A DNA stretch of 64,000 nt. Origin: Candidatus Enterosoma merdigallinarum (GTDB lineage Bacteria > Bacillota_I > Bacilli_A > RFN20 > CAG-288). Within the stretch, counting starts at the first letter, position 1; each line of letters opens with the position of its first letter. The DNA lies in NCBI GenBank assembly GCA_018714385.1, contig DVNL01000007.1:6037-70036 (forward strand), given 5' to 3'. Positions 1 through 9,166 of this stretch are shown one piece after another. Under the pieces are notes generated by a model that was not told the origin of the DNA, ran no database searches, and saw only the letters and a list, made by a program, of their open reading frames with translations. Both the position numbers and the translations under genes were made by a program.

Positions 1-993
1 ATGGACGAGAAGGTTCTCACCCTCGCCAAAGAGTTCGATGAAAGCCCGACGGACGCTGCTCTTGAAAAGAGCGATGCCTTCTTTGAAGAAAGCATACCCG
101 GGCTTGGCATTGAAAAAGGCATTGTCGAAACAAAGTATTCTTATTGCTTTACAATCGACGATGTCGATCTTTTCTTTGTTTCGGAAGATTTCTCCCTTCT
201 CTCCCTTGGTCTTGTTCCCTTTGATGTCGTCACGGCCCCGAAAGCGAAGACGGCCTATGCCATCGGGACGGAAAGCGTCTCTCTTTCCGGCCTTGCAGAC
301 CTTTTGGGTGTCGATATCCTGTGGAGCAAGGATCCCGCCGAAGACAACGGACAGATCGTCTTTCCGTCGTATTGTGCCCTTATTCTCAATATAGCCGACA
401 TGGATCTGGCGAAGGTGAAGGCAGACAGCTTCCTGACGTATTGTACTTTGAGCCTGGAAGGGACACTCACGGATCAGGAGATCTATCGTCTTTATATGAT
501 GTCCAAGGCGGAGAACCTTTTCCCGTTGGCATTTGACGACTTCATCTATCCGGCCCGCAACTATTCCCTTTTCTATCCGGTGATCCATTCCATTTCCGCC
601 CTTGGCATCGTCCTTTCCCTGATCGTGCTTTGCTGTGCCGTTCTTTCTCAGGCCATCGTCGACTATCTCAGGGAAAAGGATGATCTTGGGGAGACGGCCT
701 TGCTTCGGCTTTTCGGCCTGGATAGGCGAGGCTATGTTCTCATGAAGACCTCTTCCTCCCTTCTTCCAATTCTCTCGGGAAGCCTTTTGGCCTTGATTCT
801 CTATGCCTTGTTTATGGCGGCATTCAAGGCGGCAAAGGGGTTCACGTTCTTCTTTGCCCCGCTTCTTTACTTTGCCTATTTCCTGCCTTCCGTCCTTCTT
901 GGACTTCTGAGTGCGCTTTATGCTTTCCTTCTCTACCGAAAGACGGATGGCAGGGCCTATTCGATATTGGAAGGAAACGAAAAGAAGGAATAG
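1..993 (+). CDS. ABC transporter permease (FtsX/MacB-like), C-terminal part; 5' end probably outside window
   Basis: Soluble region followed by FtsX-type TM helices and 'ETALLRLFG' motif, as in the other fused permeases in the window. Confidence 0.6.
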   Translation: MDEKVLTLAKEFDESPTDAALEKSDAFFEESIPGLGIEKGIVETKYSYCFTIDDVDLFFVSEDFSLLSLGLVPFDVVTAPKAKTAYAIGTESVSLSGLADLLGVDILWSKDPAEDNGQIVFPSYCALILNIADMDLAKVKADSFLTYCTLSLEGTLTDQEIYRLYMMSKAENLFPLAFDDFIYPARNYSLFYPVIHSISALGIVLSLIVLCCAVLSQAIVDYLREKDDLGETALLRLFGLDRRGYVLMKTSSSLLPILSGSLLALILYALFMAAFKAAKGFTFFFAPLLYFAYFLPSVLLGLLSALYAFLLYRKTDGRAYSILEGNEKKE

Positions 994-1054
994 CGTTCAA
1001 CAAGCCCTTATGCCATCTTCCGAAATGGAGGGAATCGGAAAGAATCGCGACTTT

Positions 1055-1106
1055 CGGGGAAAGTCTTTTATTAGCAGGGATAGCTAATAAAAGACTGCCT
1101 TCCCCG
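1055..1106. repeat. Long inverted repeat / hairpin
   Basis: agtcttttattagc (1062-1075) / gctaataaaagact (1083-1096) perfect 14-bp arms, extended by cggggaa / ttccccg. Confidence 0.85.
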
Positions 1107-1128
1107 TCATTGCCTGCAGGAATTGCGA

Positions 1129-1149
1129 CAAGGAAATGTCATTTCCTTG
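1129..1149. repeat. Perfect 10-1-10 palindrome (operator- or recombinase-site-like)
   Basis: caaggaaatg-t-catttccttg. Confidence 0.8.
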
Positions 1150-1224
1150 GGACCTGTATCAAATCTGTATCACGAGGGCGGCCCGAGGGGCTTCTGGTGT
1201 GTGTGAGGCATGAGGTGTCGGACG

Positions 1225-1246
1225 AAAAAAGGGGGATTGACCCCCT
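1225..1246 (-). terminator. Intrinsic terminator after small peptide gene
   Basis: Minus strand ggggg-tcaat-ccccc followed by T6, about 12 nt after the stop at 1259. Confidence 0.7.
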
Positions 1247-1247
1247 C

Positions 1248-1345
1248 TTGCAAAGATTTTAGAGAAACGATAAGATGATAGTGACCAGTTGTAAGACTGC
1301 CACTATCAGTTTGAGCACTAGAGGTGCGATCTCTAGTGCTTTTTT
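1248..1345 (+). ncRNA. Candidate cis-antisense antitoxin sRNA (~1283-1345) with its promoter
   Basis: TTGCAA(1248)-17 nt-TAAGAT(1271) promoter; 10-bp hairpin agcactagag/ctctagtgct (1314-1340) plus T-run; lies antisense inside the peptide CDS. Confidence 0.55.
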
Positions 1346-1360
1346 CGTTCGCCTTTTCAT
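1259..1360 (-). CDS. 33-aa hydrophobic peptide, candidate type I toxin (MKRRTKKALEIAPLVLKLIVAVLQLVTIILSFL)
   Basis: SD AAGGAGG 8 nt before ATG (1360); basic N-terminus plus one TM helix; own terminator. Confidence 0.7.
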   Translation of the reverse strand: MKRRTKKALEIAPLVLKLIVAVLQLVTIILSFL

Positions 1361-1647
1361 GCGCGAGCCCTCCTTTCGAGAATCGAGAAGGAGGGGCAAT
1401 TTTGCTTTGTGCAATCTATCGCTTGCCGCTCCCATGCCAAGGCATAGTTCTATTTTCAAGTCACTTGTGTTTGTAACATTTTGTCCCGGAAAAAGCGCTT
1501 TCATCCCAGGTTCTTGAAAACGATATCTTGTCTTTTTATCGTAAAGAAAAAGGGAGGAGGGAGATGCTTGCGTCAGGATTTATAACTGCTGTTGGTTTGG
1601 ACTTCACATACGTCAACTTTCACTATTTCACATTGAGAGGTTGATTC

Positions 1648-2409
1648 ATGAAAAGGAAAAACGCCCTGCCGGTCTTGGCTTGCCTTCTGATGGGAAGTGC
1701 TGTCTCTTGCTCCACTTCCTCCTCGTTGACGGAAGATAAGGTGTATTTGAAATTCCAATCGACCATCATGAACCGTAATGTCGATCAAGACTGCGATGTC
1801 ATCTGTACCCTTTTCGATGACCATGAGGCGACGTTCAGCATCCTGGAAGATTCTTTCCGATGGAAGGAAAACGATGGCTATGGATTGACGATATCTTCCG
1901 AAGAACACGACATTTTCGTTGATTTCGACCGATATTCGGCCACGCATTATTTCTTCTGCGAAATCGAGGGGACGACCTATCGCTTTGAGGCAAAGGATAC
2001 TTCCTATGTCCAGAATTTGAGCTCGGACTATTCGCCGGCCTATCAGCGCCTTGGGGCATACGAATTCAGCGGCCATGGAACGACAAGCGGAGTGGAGACC
2101 ACCGGGAAGGTTTTCCTGCTGGATGACGAAAGTCGGACCGTGTACGTGTTTCCTCAAGGTCCTGACGGTCGATCGACGAACGTTGTTTTTGTCTCATATG
2201 GCTGGACCTTTTCAAACGGCGTCTATTCCGTTCCCTTTGGCGGAGAGAATATCCTGTCGTCTCATTGCGACATACCGGGTAAGAGAGGCTATCGACTTCA
2301 GATCCCGGGCGTGGGCATTTCCTATAGCAACTACTACTTGGTCGAGGACGAGGGATTTGACTGGCGGGACTATCAGGATTCCGACTTCCAGATTGAAACC
2401 GGAAAGTAA
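1648..2409 (+). CDS. Uncharacterised lipoprotein (253 aa), paralog of 14858..16120
   Basis: Signal peptide ending AVSC; SD gaggt; shared motifs with the 14858 protein. Confidence 0.75.
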   Translation: MKRKNALPVLACLLMGSAVSCSTSSSLTEDKVYLKFQSTIMNRNVDQDCDVICTLFDDHEATFSILEDSFRWKENDGYGLTISSEEHDIFVDFDRYSATHYFFCEIEGTTYRFEAKDTSYVQNLSSDYSPAYQRLGAYEFSGHGTTSGVETTGKVFLLDDESRTVYVFPQGPDGRSTNVVFVSYGWTFSNGVYSVPFGGENILSSHCDIPGKRGYRLQIPGVGISYSNYYLVEDEGFDWRDYQDSDFQIETGK

Positions 2410-2608
2410 GACGAATTGAAAAAGAGAAGCTGTCAACGCTTTCTCTGCTTCCGTTCTATTGGGAGGCGTGGGTTGTCGAAAAAGGGCGGAGAGAGACAGC
2501 TGGAGGGATGGCGTTAAAAGAGATTTATATAAAGAATTTATTTTTTATCTGAATATTATCATATAAAAAGTGCTTATATAATGATATTTTATGTCTTGAG
2601 CAATTTAT

Positions 2609-3919
2609 TTATTCTTTGATAGCTTTTATCTGCATGGCAAGGGGTTTGCGAGAAAAGCGGATTTTGCCATAGGCAAAGAGGAAGGGAAGCAAAAGGGCGA
2701 AAAGGATCGGCACGAGAAGCCAAGGTGTCGAGGGAAGATAGGCATAGAGGCTTGAGGAAAAGATGGTGGCGATGCTGTTTTCCAAACTGCCTTTGAGGCA
2801 AAAATAGAGGATTAGGCTGATGCCGCTTTCCAAGACGGCCACGACAAAAAGGGGAAGAGAAGATAGAAAAGCGAACGTGTTTCTGGAAAAGCCGATCGTT
2901 TGAAGAAGAAGCCGTCTCTTCCCTTCTTCTTTTGCGTATGCGAAAGAGAGAAGGAAAAGCGTCGCGGCAAAGAAGAGAAGGCAGGCCACAAGGAGAAGAA
3001 AGACAAGATACCATTGCTTGTCGAGGAAATTCATGGCGTTGGCATCGTTGGGCAAAAGAATCATGTCCTGTGCCAAGATGGCATCGGCATCAAAGGAGAG
3101 AAGGGAAGTGAAGACAAGTGCAAAGAAAGAGAAAAGGGCGAGCAGCAAAAAGCCTAGAAGGGTACGAAAGAGACAGTGTCGGATCGTCAGAAGGGGAAGG
3201 GCAAAGAAGGCTCTCTTGGGAAGGAGCAAAAACGGGCTTGCCGTCGATTCCTCTTTTGACTCGGATGCCGGCGCAGGCTCAAGGAACTTTCCTTGATGAA
3301 GATGAAGGAGAATGATATCTGGCGGAAGAGCCTCTTCTTTGAAGTCATGGGCAACGACGATGACGGTTTTTCTTTTTGCGAGTTCCTCCAAAATCCCATG
3401 GACAATCTTGGCGTTCCTCTCGTCGAGATTTCCTGTCGGCTCGTCCAAAAGAAGGATACTTTTGTCTTCCAGGAGGATTCTGGCCAGGGCCACGCGCATT
3501 CTTTCTCCCATGGATAGGCTTTCGACTTTCTGCGCCTTTTTGTCCAAGATGCCAAGACCTGAGAGAGACTTCTCTATTCTTTCGTTGTTTTGGCAGACGA
3601 GTCTCAAGTTATCTAAGACGCTCCACTCCGGAATGACGTTTTCGTCCTGGGACAGAAAGGAAATGTTTCTTCGGCGAAAATCCTCCCGCTCTTTCTCCGT
3701 CATTGCCCCGGTGTCGTTGCCGTCGATGAAGACGGATCCTGACGTCGGCTTGTCCAAAAGGCCTATCAAATTCAGGAGAGTACTCTTTCCACAGCCGCTC
3801 CTTCCTTTGATGACATACAGTCGGCCTGGGACAAAGGAGTAGTCGATCCCTTTCAAGACAGCCTGTTCTTTTCCGCTTTCCAGGAACGCTTTTCGAAGCT
3901 TCTCAATGCGAATGGTCAT
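2609..3919 (-). CDS. ABC transporter ATP-binding/permease fusion (MacB/LolD-like)
   Basis: GRSGCGKST, LSMGERMRVALAR, LLLDEPTGNLD, then TM helices; start taken at MTIRIEK (SD ggag). Confidence 0.85.
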   Translation of the reverse strand: MTIRIEKLRKAFLESGKEQAVLKGIDYSFVPGRLYVIKGRSGCGKSTLLNLIGLLDKPTSGSVFIDGNDTGAMTEKEREDFRRRNISFLSQDENVIPEWSVLDNLRLVCQNNERIEKSLSGLGILDKKAQKVESLSMGERMRVALARILLEDKSILLLDEPTGNLDERNAKIVHGILEELAKRKTVIVVAHDFKEEALPPDIILLHLHQGKFLEPAPASESKEESTASPFLLLPKRAFFALPLLTIRHCLFRTLLGFLLLALFSFFALVFTSLLSFDADAILAQDMILLPNDANAMNFLDKQWYLVFLLLVACLLFFAATLFLLSFAYAKEEGKRRLLLQTIGFSRNTFAFLSSLPLFVVAVLESGISLILYFCLKGSLENSIATIFSSSLYAYLPSTPWLLVPILFALLLPFLFAYGKIRFSRKPLAMQIKAIKE

Positions 3920-6098
3920 GTTTCTTTCTCCGTGGCAGAAGAAGGGGAAGCAAGAAGACAAGGACGACAAAAAGGAAAGACAGGAAAAGGGCCAGGAAGC
4001 CGTAAAGATAGGAGAAGAGAAGCGATCCGGGGAAGAAGGAGTAGATGGCCTTCACGACCGGCTGGAATAGGGAGGGCGATAGGATGGCGGAAAGAAGGAA
4101 GGACGGGAAAGCGATCGTCAAGATGGAACAGAGATAGAGGAGAAGGCGGTCTTTCTTCCGGAATCCCCAGAGGATGAGAAGAGTCTCCTCTCGCCGAAGG
4201 TCCTTTTCGATCGTGATGAGATAAAGCAGTGCGATCAAGATGGCGATGCCGAAGAAAGACAGGGAGAGAACGATCCACATGGTTCTAGCCTGCCCCTGTA
4301 TGAAGGGGAAGATATTTTGGACATAGAAACCGTCGATGTCGATCTTGCCGTCGAGAACCTCTTTTTCGTTATCGAGCAAGTAGCTTAAGGGATAGCTCGT
4401 TTCCGAAAAACCGACGCGCAAGGAGAAAAGCTCTGAGGAAATCTTCTCTAAGACAACTTTCTGGACAAGGGAGGGGAGAGTCCATGCCGCTTCGTCATCG
4501 ATGACGCCATAGCAACCGACGATCGTCAAAGAATAAGTTTCCGTTTTTTGGAAGGCGTTTGTCGGCGTGACAAGGTCCAGGACGAGAGAGAGGCCCTCTT
4601 CCTTTAGGAAGGCATTTCCTATGGCATTATCCGCACCGAAGAAGTATTGCTCGAGGCAGGAGTTGTCCACGACGATCTCGTTTTCGTTCTTTGGCAAGCG
4701 TCCGAGAAGATAGTAGCTTTTTTCGCCGGTGGCATAGAAATTCTCTTCCGCCTCACTTCTGCTCGGGAAGAAAGTGTAATTCCGACAATCTTTGAGGTCG
4801 GACGAAAAATAGGTATCCCTTTTGTTCTCTTCGACTCCGATCGAGTCGTAGAAGTCATCGATCGTATCGGAAAGATTCCCTCCTTGGAAGAGCGACACGT
4901 TTTGCCTGAGATATTCCCGATAGGCCGATGATGAGGCGATTGCTGTCGGGTAGGAGGAGAAGTCTCCGGAGTCGAAATAGCCTGCGATGACAAACTCGTA
5001 GTCATTCCGCCCGAGAGGGAAAGAAGAGCCGACATCGGAAGAGAGACCTTTGTCATGGATCTGATCGCGGATGGCAGAATCAATCAGGATAGGGATGCTA
5101 TCCCCATTGTCTTCGGTATCGGAAAAAGAGGGAAGGGCACCATAAAGATCACGGATATCCTCATCGAGATAGATGGCATATTTCCCGTCTTGGTCGTTGT
5201 TTGCCGCAAGACAGGGGATCATGTCCTCATCGATCAAAGAATTTGTATGACAAACGTATGTCTTTTTGTCTTCCAATGCCGAAGCGAGACTGCCTTTGGC
5301 ATCAAAGCCAAAGTAGTTGAAGCCGAAGAATCCAAAGAAAAAAGCGACAAAGAGGAGAACAGCAGTGGAAAAATAGGCGGCCTTGTTTGACAGCGCTTTG
5401 TGAACACTCAAAGAGAGAAGGGGCTTTTTGATTCTATTGACCTCTATCTGCTTCTCATTCTTGGCTTTGCCATCCTCTTTTTTGATATTGTTCTCGACGA
5501 TTTTTCCATGCTTGAGAACGATCTTTCCATCGGCACAATTCTCGAAAAGCTCCAAGTCATGGCTGGCGACAAGGACAAGGTGGTCCTTTGAGAATTCTTT
5601 CAACTTCTGAATCACAATCTGGGCATTATCATCGTCGAGGTTGGCCGTCGGTTCGTCGGATAGGAGAATGGGCGTGTTTTTCAGAATGCCACAAGCCAAA
5701 GCCAGGCGCTCGCTTTCCCCTTTTGAAAGCTTGGAGGCCTTTTCGGATTCTTCCAATGTGAAAGCGTCAGCCATCTTTAATGCTTCTTGCCGATTGGATG
5801 TGGCAAGAAGCAGATTGTCCATAACGGTCAATCCGTTGAAGACATTGTTCTCGACACGAACATATGTCAAAGAATTGCGATAGAAATTTTCATCGCAGCA
5901 CACCTTCTTTCCGTCAAAAAGAATTGTTCCGGAATCCGGTTCTTTCAACCCGGCTATCAAATCCAGCAGGGTCGTTTTCCCGCAGCCGGAAGCCCCCGTG
6001 ACAAGAAAGAGGCCAGAGTCTGGAAAAGACAAATCATGGATTTCCAAAGAGAAGTCCGTATCACCATATTGTTTAGTGAGGGAGATTATTGCAATCAT
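3903..6098 (-). CDS. ABC transporter ATP-binding/permease fusion with large extracellular domain (MacB-like)
   Basis: GASGCGKT, LSKGESERLALA, LLSDEPTANLD; TM1, large loop, three further TMs. Confidence 0.85.
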   Translation of the reverse strand: MIAIISLTKQYGDTDFSLEIHDLSFPDSGLFLVTGASGCGKTTLLDLIAGLKEPDSGTILFDGKKVCCDENFYRNSLTYVRVENNVFNGLTVMDNLLLATSNRQEALKMADAFTLEESEKASKLSKGESERLALACGILKNTPILLSDEPTANLDDDNAQIVIQKLKEFSKDHLVLVASHDLELFENCADGKIVLKHGKIVENNIKKEDGKAKNEKQIEVNRIKKPLLSLSVHKALSNKAAYFSTAVLLFVAFFFGFFGFNYFGFDAKGSLASALEDKKTYVCHTNSLIDEDMIPCLAANNDQDGKYAIYLDEDIRDLYGALPSFSDTEDNGDSIPILIDSAIRDQIHDKGLSSDVGSSFPLGRNDYEFVIAGYFDSGDFSSYPTAIASSSAYREYLRQNVSLFQGGNLSDTIDDFYDSIGVEENKRDTYFSSDLKDCRNYTFFPSRSEAEENFYATGEKSYYLLGRLPKNENEIVVDNSCLEQYFFGADNAIGNAFLKEEGLSLVLDLVTPTNAFQKTETYSLTIVGCYGVIDDEAAWTLPSLVQKVVLEKISSELFSLRVGFSETSYPLSYLLDNEKEVLDGKIDIDGFYVQNIFPFIQGQARTMWIVLSLSFFGIAILIALLYLITIEKDLRREETLLILWGFRKKDRLLLYLCSILTIAFPSFLLSAILSPSLFQPVVKAIYSFFPGSLLFSYLYGFLALFLSFLFVVLVFLLPLLLPRRKKHDHSH

Positions 6099-6152
6099 TC
6101 GGCTCTTTTCCTTTTTTGTTTTTTAAAAAATAGTTGTTGATTACTTGTAAAA

Positions 6153-6182
6153 ATTATAGTGGGGGGGGAGTGATGTTTTCTA
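6153..6182 (-). promoter_or_regulatory. Candidate sigma-A promoter of ABC operon with C8 tract in the spacer
   Basis: Minus strand TAGAAA-18 nt-TATAAT; G8 at 6161-6168 on plus strand. Confidence 0.5.
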
Positions 6183-6234
6183 CCATGCCCATACAAAAAT
6201 TGCGAATCTGTATGGTTCGCATTAGAATGTTTTC

Positions 6235-6774
6235 ATGAACAAAAATGCCAAAGAATGTTTCTACACGACTTTCTTGCAAATGATTTCGACGACAGGAGTC
6301 GAAAAACTTTCTGTAAAGCGGATCTGTGGCAATGCCGGTTTTCCAAGGGAGACTTTCTACTATCATTTTCAGAATCTGGAAGACTTCCTCGAAAAATGCA
6401 CGGCCCATTTTTTCCTCGGCCTATTGTCTTTCCTGTCTGAAGCGTTGATGTCCGGGGACAAATGGCGGCGAAATATGTTGTCTATCGCCCAAAAAAGCTC
6501 TGAAATCCGTCCGTTTTTTGAGCAAGAGCCTTTGATTTATCTGTTTGAGAAACGGGTAGAGTCAAAATTCTTGAAGCGTATCGAAGATTTCGAGGCAAAA
6601 GAGAGAACGACCATTCTCTTGGATTACTTTGTCCTGATGGGGACTGTCCAATTTATCGCAAGGAATCCGGACAAAGCGCTTGATGGAAGGGTTCTGCAAT
6701 CCTATCTTTCCAGGCGTTCGATCAAAGAGTTTCTGGCGCTCCTTGCAGAAATACTTCAAGAAAAAAAGCCCTAG
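6235..6774 (+). CDS. TetR/AcrR family transcriptional regulator (probably leaderless)
   Basis: HTH 'LSVKRICGNAGFPRETFYYHFQNLEDFL'; TTGCGA-17-TAGAAT-6-ATG with no SD. Confidence 0.85.
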   Translation: MNKNAKECFYTTFLQMISTTGVEKLSVKRICGNAGFPRETFYYHFQNLEDFLEKCTAHFFLGLLSFLSEALMSGDKWRRNMLSIAQKSSEIRPFFEQEPLIYLFEKRVESKFLKRIEDFEAKERTTILLDYFVLMGTVQFIARNPDKALDGRVLQSYLSRRSIKEFLALLAEILQEKKP

Positions 6775-6820
6775 ATCTCACGTCAAAGCTTCCAAAAAAG
6801 AGCAAGAGGGCATCGGCAAA

Positions 6821-6838
6821 TAAGAAAGCGCTTACTTA
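6821..6838. promoter_or_regulatory. LacI/CcpA(cre)-like palindromic operator
   Basis: taagaaagcgcttactta, 8 of 9 symmetric pairs, AAGCGCTT core, upstream of the lipoprotein operon. Confidence 0.45.
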
Positions 6839-6929
6839 CGGTGTTTTCCTGTATCAATGGATTTCTGTCCATAACTTTTAGAATCTCTGTATTTATAATT
6901 AATCCATATTGTAAGAAAGGAGACAACGA

Positions 6930-9152
6930 ATGCGATCTCGTGTCATTGTACGTTGTGCCGTTCTGTCTCTTTCATCTCTTGCTCTTCTAGCCGCCTGTTC
7001 CAATTTGCCGGGCGCGTCTTCTACCCTTCCTTCTGTTTCCACCAGCGACAGCGTTTCTTCATTGCCGACTAGCCCTTCTACTTCTACCCCCCCCGCTTCA
7101 TCTGACAGCTCTACGACCGGCAAGCCTTCTTCGAGTTCCTCTTCCTCCTCGAGTTCTTCTTCCGACTCTTCAAGTAGCGGATCCTCTTCAAGCTCGTCCT
7201 CCTCCTCCTCTAATTCTTCTTCTTCTTCAAATTCCTCTTCTTCCGATTCCTCCACTTCTAGTTCTTCTGCCATCGTTCTTCCGGATCCGACGGAAAAGAC
7301 GTGGGAAGAGATTCTCGAAGACATTGATGCTGTCTCGACGCAGGAGAACAAATCCATGAGTTTCCAGGACAGTTTCACGTCCTCTCATGGAACGGTCTCT
7401 TTTTATGAAAACGAGATTCTGGAGCAGACCTATCCCGATGGAAGCCAGGATTACGATATCCTCTATCGGGCAAGGGAAGATGGCTATTATTACGAAATCG
7501 ACACGGAGTCCCAGTCGAGTTCCAAACTCAAGATCGAAGAAGGGGAAACGGATATCTTCTCCAAGACAACGATCACGCCTGAGGAGGTCGATGAGAATCT
7601 TCTCGGAATCGAGCATAGCCTTTCTTCCTTCCTGGAAAAGGCGACCTCGACCTATCTTGCCTATAATGTCGTCGAGGAAAGTGTCAGTCACTATATCACC
7701 AACAATGGCGAGGACTATGATGTTTTGATCCAGTCCGGAACGACGTCCCGCCACACTTATGAAACGACTTTGACTTTCGATCTTGAAGGAACGCTTCTTC
7801 GCGGAGAATTCTTCGACAGGACTTGGAGCGAAGAGAATTACGACGTCGAGGAAGGCGCTCCGATCGACGAGACGAAGGAACCGGAGTCCGAAGATTCCCT
7901 TGTCGTCGCTTTCACGGCTGGTGACAGGCCATCGGGGGCACCGAAATTTGATCGTTCCCCCTATTTTGTCGAAAGCCTTGGGGATATTCGTGTCTACACA
8001 GAAGGCTATGGCGACAAGGAGGTCGTCGAGGCGGGGCAATATCTCAATGTCGAGATCGAGAGCTATGCGCCGGAAACGGCCTTGGACATCGATGATTTCG
8101 ACATCATCGCCGTCGAGGACGAGACGATCATCGGCAAAGTTTCGGAATACTCTTCCTCTTACAAAGCACTTAAGCCTGGCACGACCACAGTCACTATCGG
8201 CGATCCTTTGGGTCTTGTCACCAAGGACGTTGAAGTGACCGTCGTTCAGCCGATGCCGACTTCCGTTTATATTGATTACAATGCCAAAAAAGAACTGGAA
8301 GTCGATGAAATCCTAGATATTTCCTATGAAGTCATGCCCGAAGAAGCTTTGCAGGATGTTACTGCGACTTCAAGCGACGAAAGCGTCTTGAAGGTTCTGG
8401 AAGTTGATCTCGAAAACAATGTCGTGAAAGTCCAGGGCGTGAAAGAGGGCACGGCGACATTGACCGTCGAGTCGAAAGCCGATCCCACGAAGACAGCCAC
8501 GCTTGATATGGTCGTCACGCCGAAGAAGGTCCATGGCGATGCCAGCTTCCTCATCGGGACATGGACGGGAACGACGGACATCTTCGAGACTACCTTCACC
8601 TTTCACGATGATTTCACGGGCAGTGTCGAGCAGAAAGTCGAATCCATCGCCGTTCCCAATTCCGCCACTTTCACATACGAGTATGTCGACGGGAAGATCA
8701 ATTTCACGACATGGGAAAGCGAAGACGACACGATTCGTGAACCTACGTCTGTCACTTACGATTCCGAAAGCGGTGTTTTGTCCATCACTGCCCGCTGCCT
8801 TGATGATTTTGGGGATTTCACCACAGTCAATATGAAGCTGACAAAGGCAACCAGTCCGCTGGACTTCCTGCTTGGAAAATGGACGGGTTACGACGAATAT
8901 GATTCCAATCCCATCAATCTCTATTTTGAAGATGGCGGGCAAGGCAGGGTTGAGGCCGGATACAATTTCAACAGCAAGGGTACTTTCATCTACACCTACT
9001 CTGACGGTGTGCTCGCCTTCCAAGAATGGGATTACGATTATTATTACAACCCTGACGAGATTGTTGTCAGCGAAGACAAGACGACGATCACCATGGAATT
9101 GGAAGATTACGATGGCTTCTGGGACTATACTTTCACGAAAGCCGAAGAATAA
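6930..9152 (+). CDS. Surface lipoprotein with Ser-rich linker and bacterial Ig-like (Big_2-like) domains
   Basis: Lipobox LAAC; ~90-aa Ser/Thr/Pro tract; 'SSDESVLKV...VQGVKEGTATLTVES' Ig-like motif; C-terminal 'FLIGTW/FLLGKW' modules. Confidence 0.8.
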   Translation: MRSRVIVRCAVLSLSSLALLAACSNLPGASSTLPSVSTSDSVSSLPTSPSTSTPPASSDSSTTGKPSSSSSSSSSSSSDSSSSGSSSSSSSSSSNSSSSSNSSSSDSSTSSSSAIVLPDPTEKTWEEILEDIDAVSTQENKSMSFQDSFTSSHGTVSFYENEILEQTYPDGSQDYDILYRAREDGYYYEIDTESQSSSKLKIEEGETDIFSKTTITPEEVDENLLGIEHSLSSFLEKATSTYLAYNVVEESVSHYITNNGEDYDVLIQSGTTSRHTYETTLTFDLEGTLLRGEFFDRTWSEENYDVEEGAPIDETKEPESEDSLVVAFTAGDRPSGAPKFDRSPYFVESLGDIRVYTEGYGDKEVVEAGQYLNVEIESYAPETALDIDDFDIIAVEDETIIGKVSEYSSSYKALKPGTTTVTIGDPLGLVTKDVEVTVVQPMPTSVYIDYNAKKELEVDEILDISYEVMPEEALQDVTATSSDESVLKVLEVDLENNVVKVQGVKEGTATLTVESKADPTKTATLDMVVTPKKVHGDASFLIGTWTGTTDIFETTFTFHDDFTGSVEQKVESIAVPNSATFTYEYVDGKINFTTWESEDDTIREPTSVTYDSESGVLSITARCLDDFGDFTTVNMKLTKATSPLDFLLGKWTGYDEYDSNPINLYFEDGGQGRVEAGYNFNSKGTFIYTYSDGVLAFQEWDYDYYYNPDEIVVSEDKTTITMELEDYDGFWDYTFTKAEE

Positions 9153-9166
9153 CGAAAGGACAGACA

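Noticed and set aside
1259-1504. 81-aa version of the small minus-strand ORF and the 80-aa plus-strand ORF 1275-1517
   Set aside because: The strong SD lies before ATG 1360; the plus-strand ORF has no SD and crosses a terminator
2571-2600. Possible dif/Xer site (tgcttatataa-tgatatt-ttatgtcttga)
   Set aside because: Spacer length and right arm deviate from the Firmicute dif consensus; AT-rich chance match
7000-7270. Low-complexity TCT/TCC tract as a DNA repeat element
   Set aside because: Mixed synonymous codons encoding the Ser-rich lipoprotein linker
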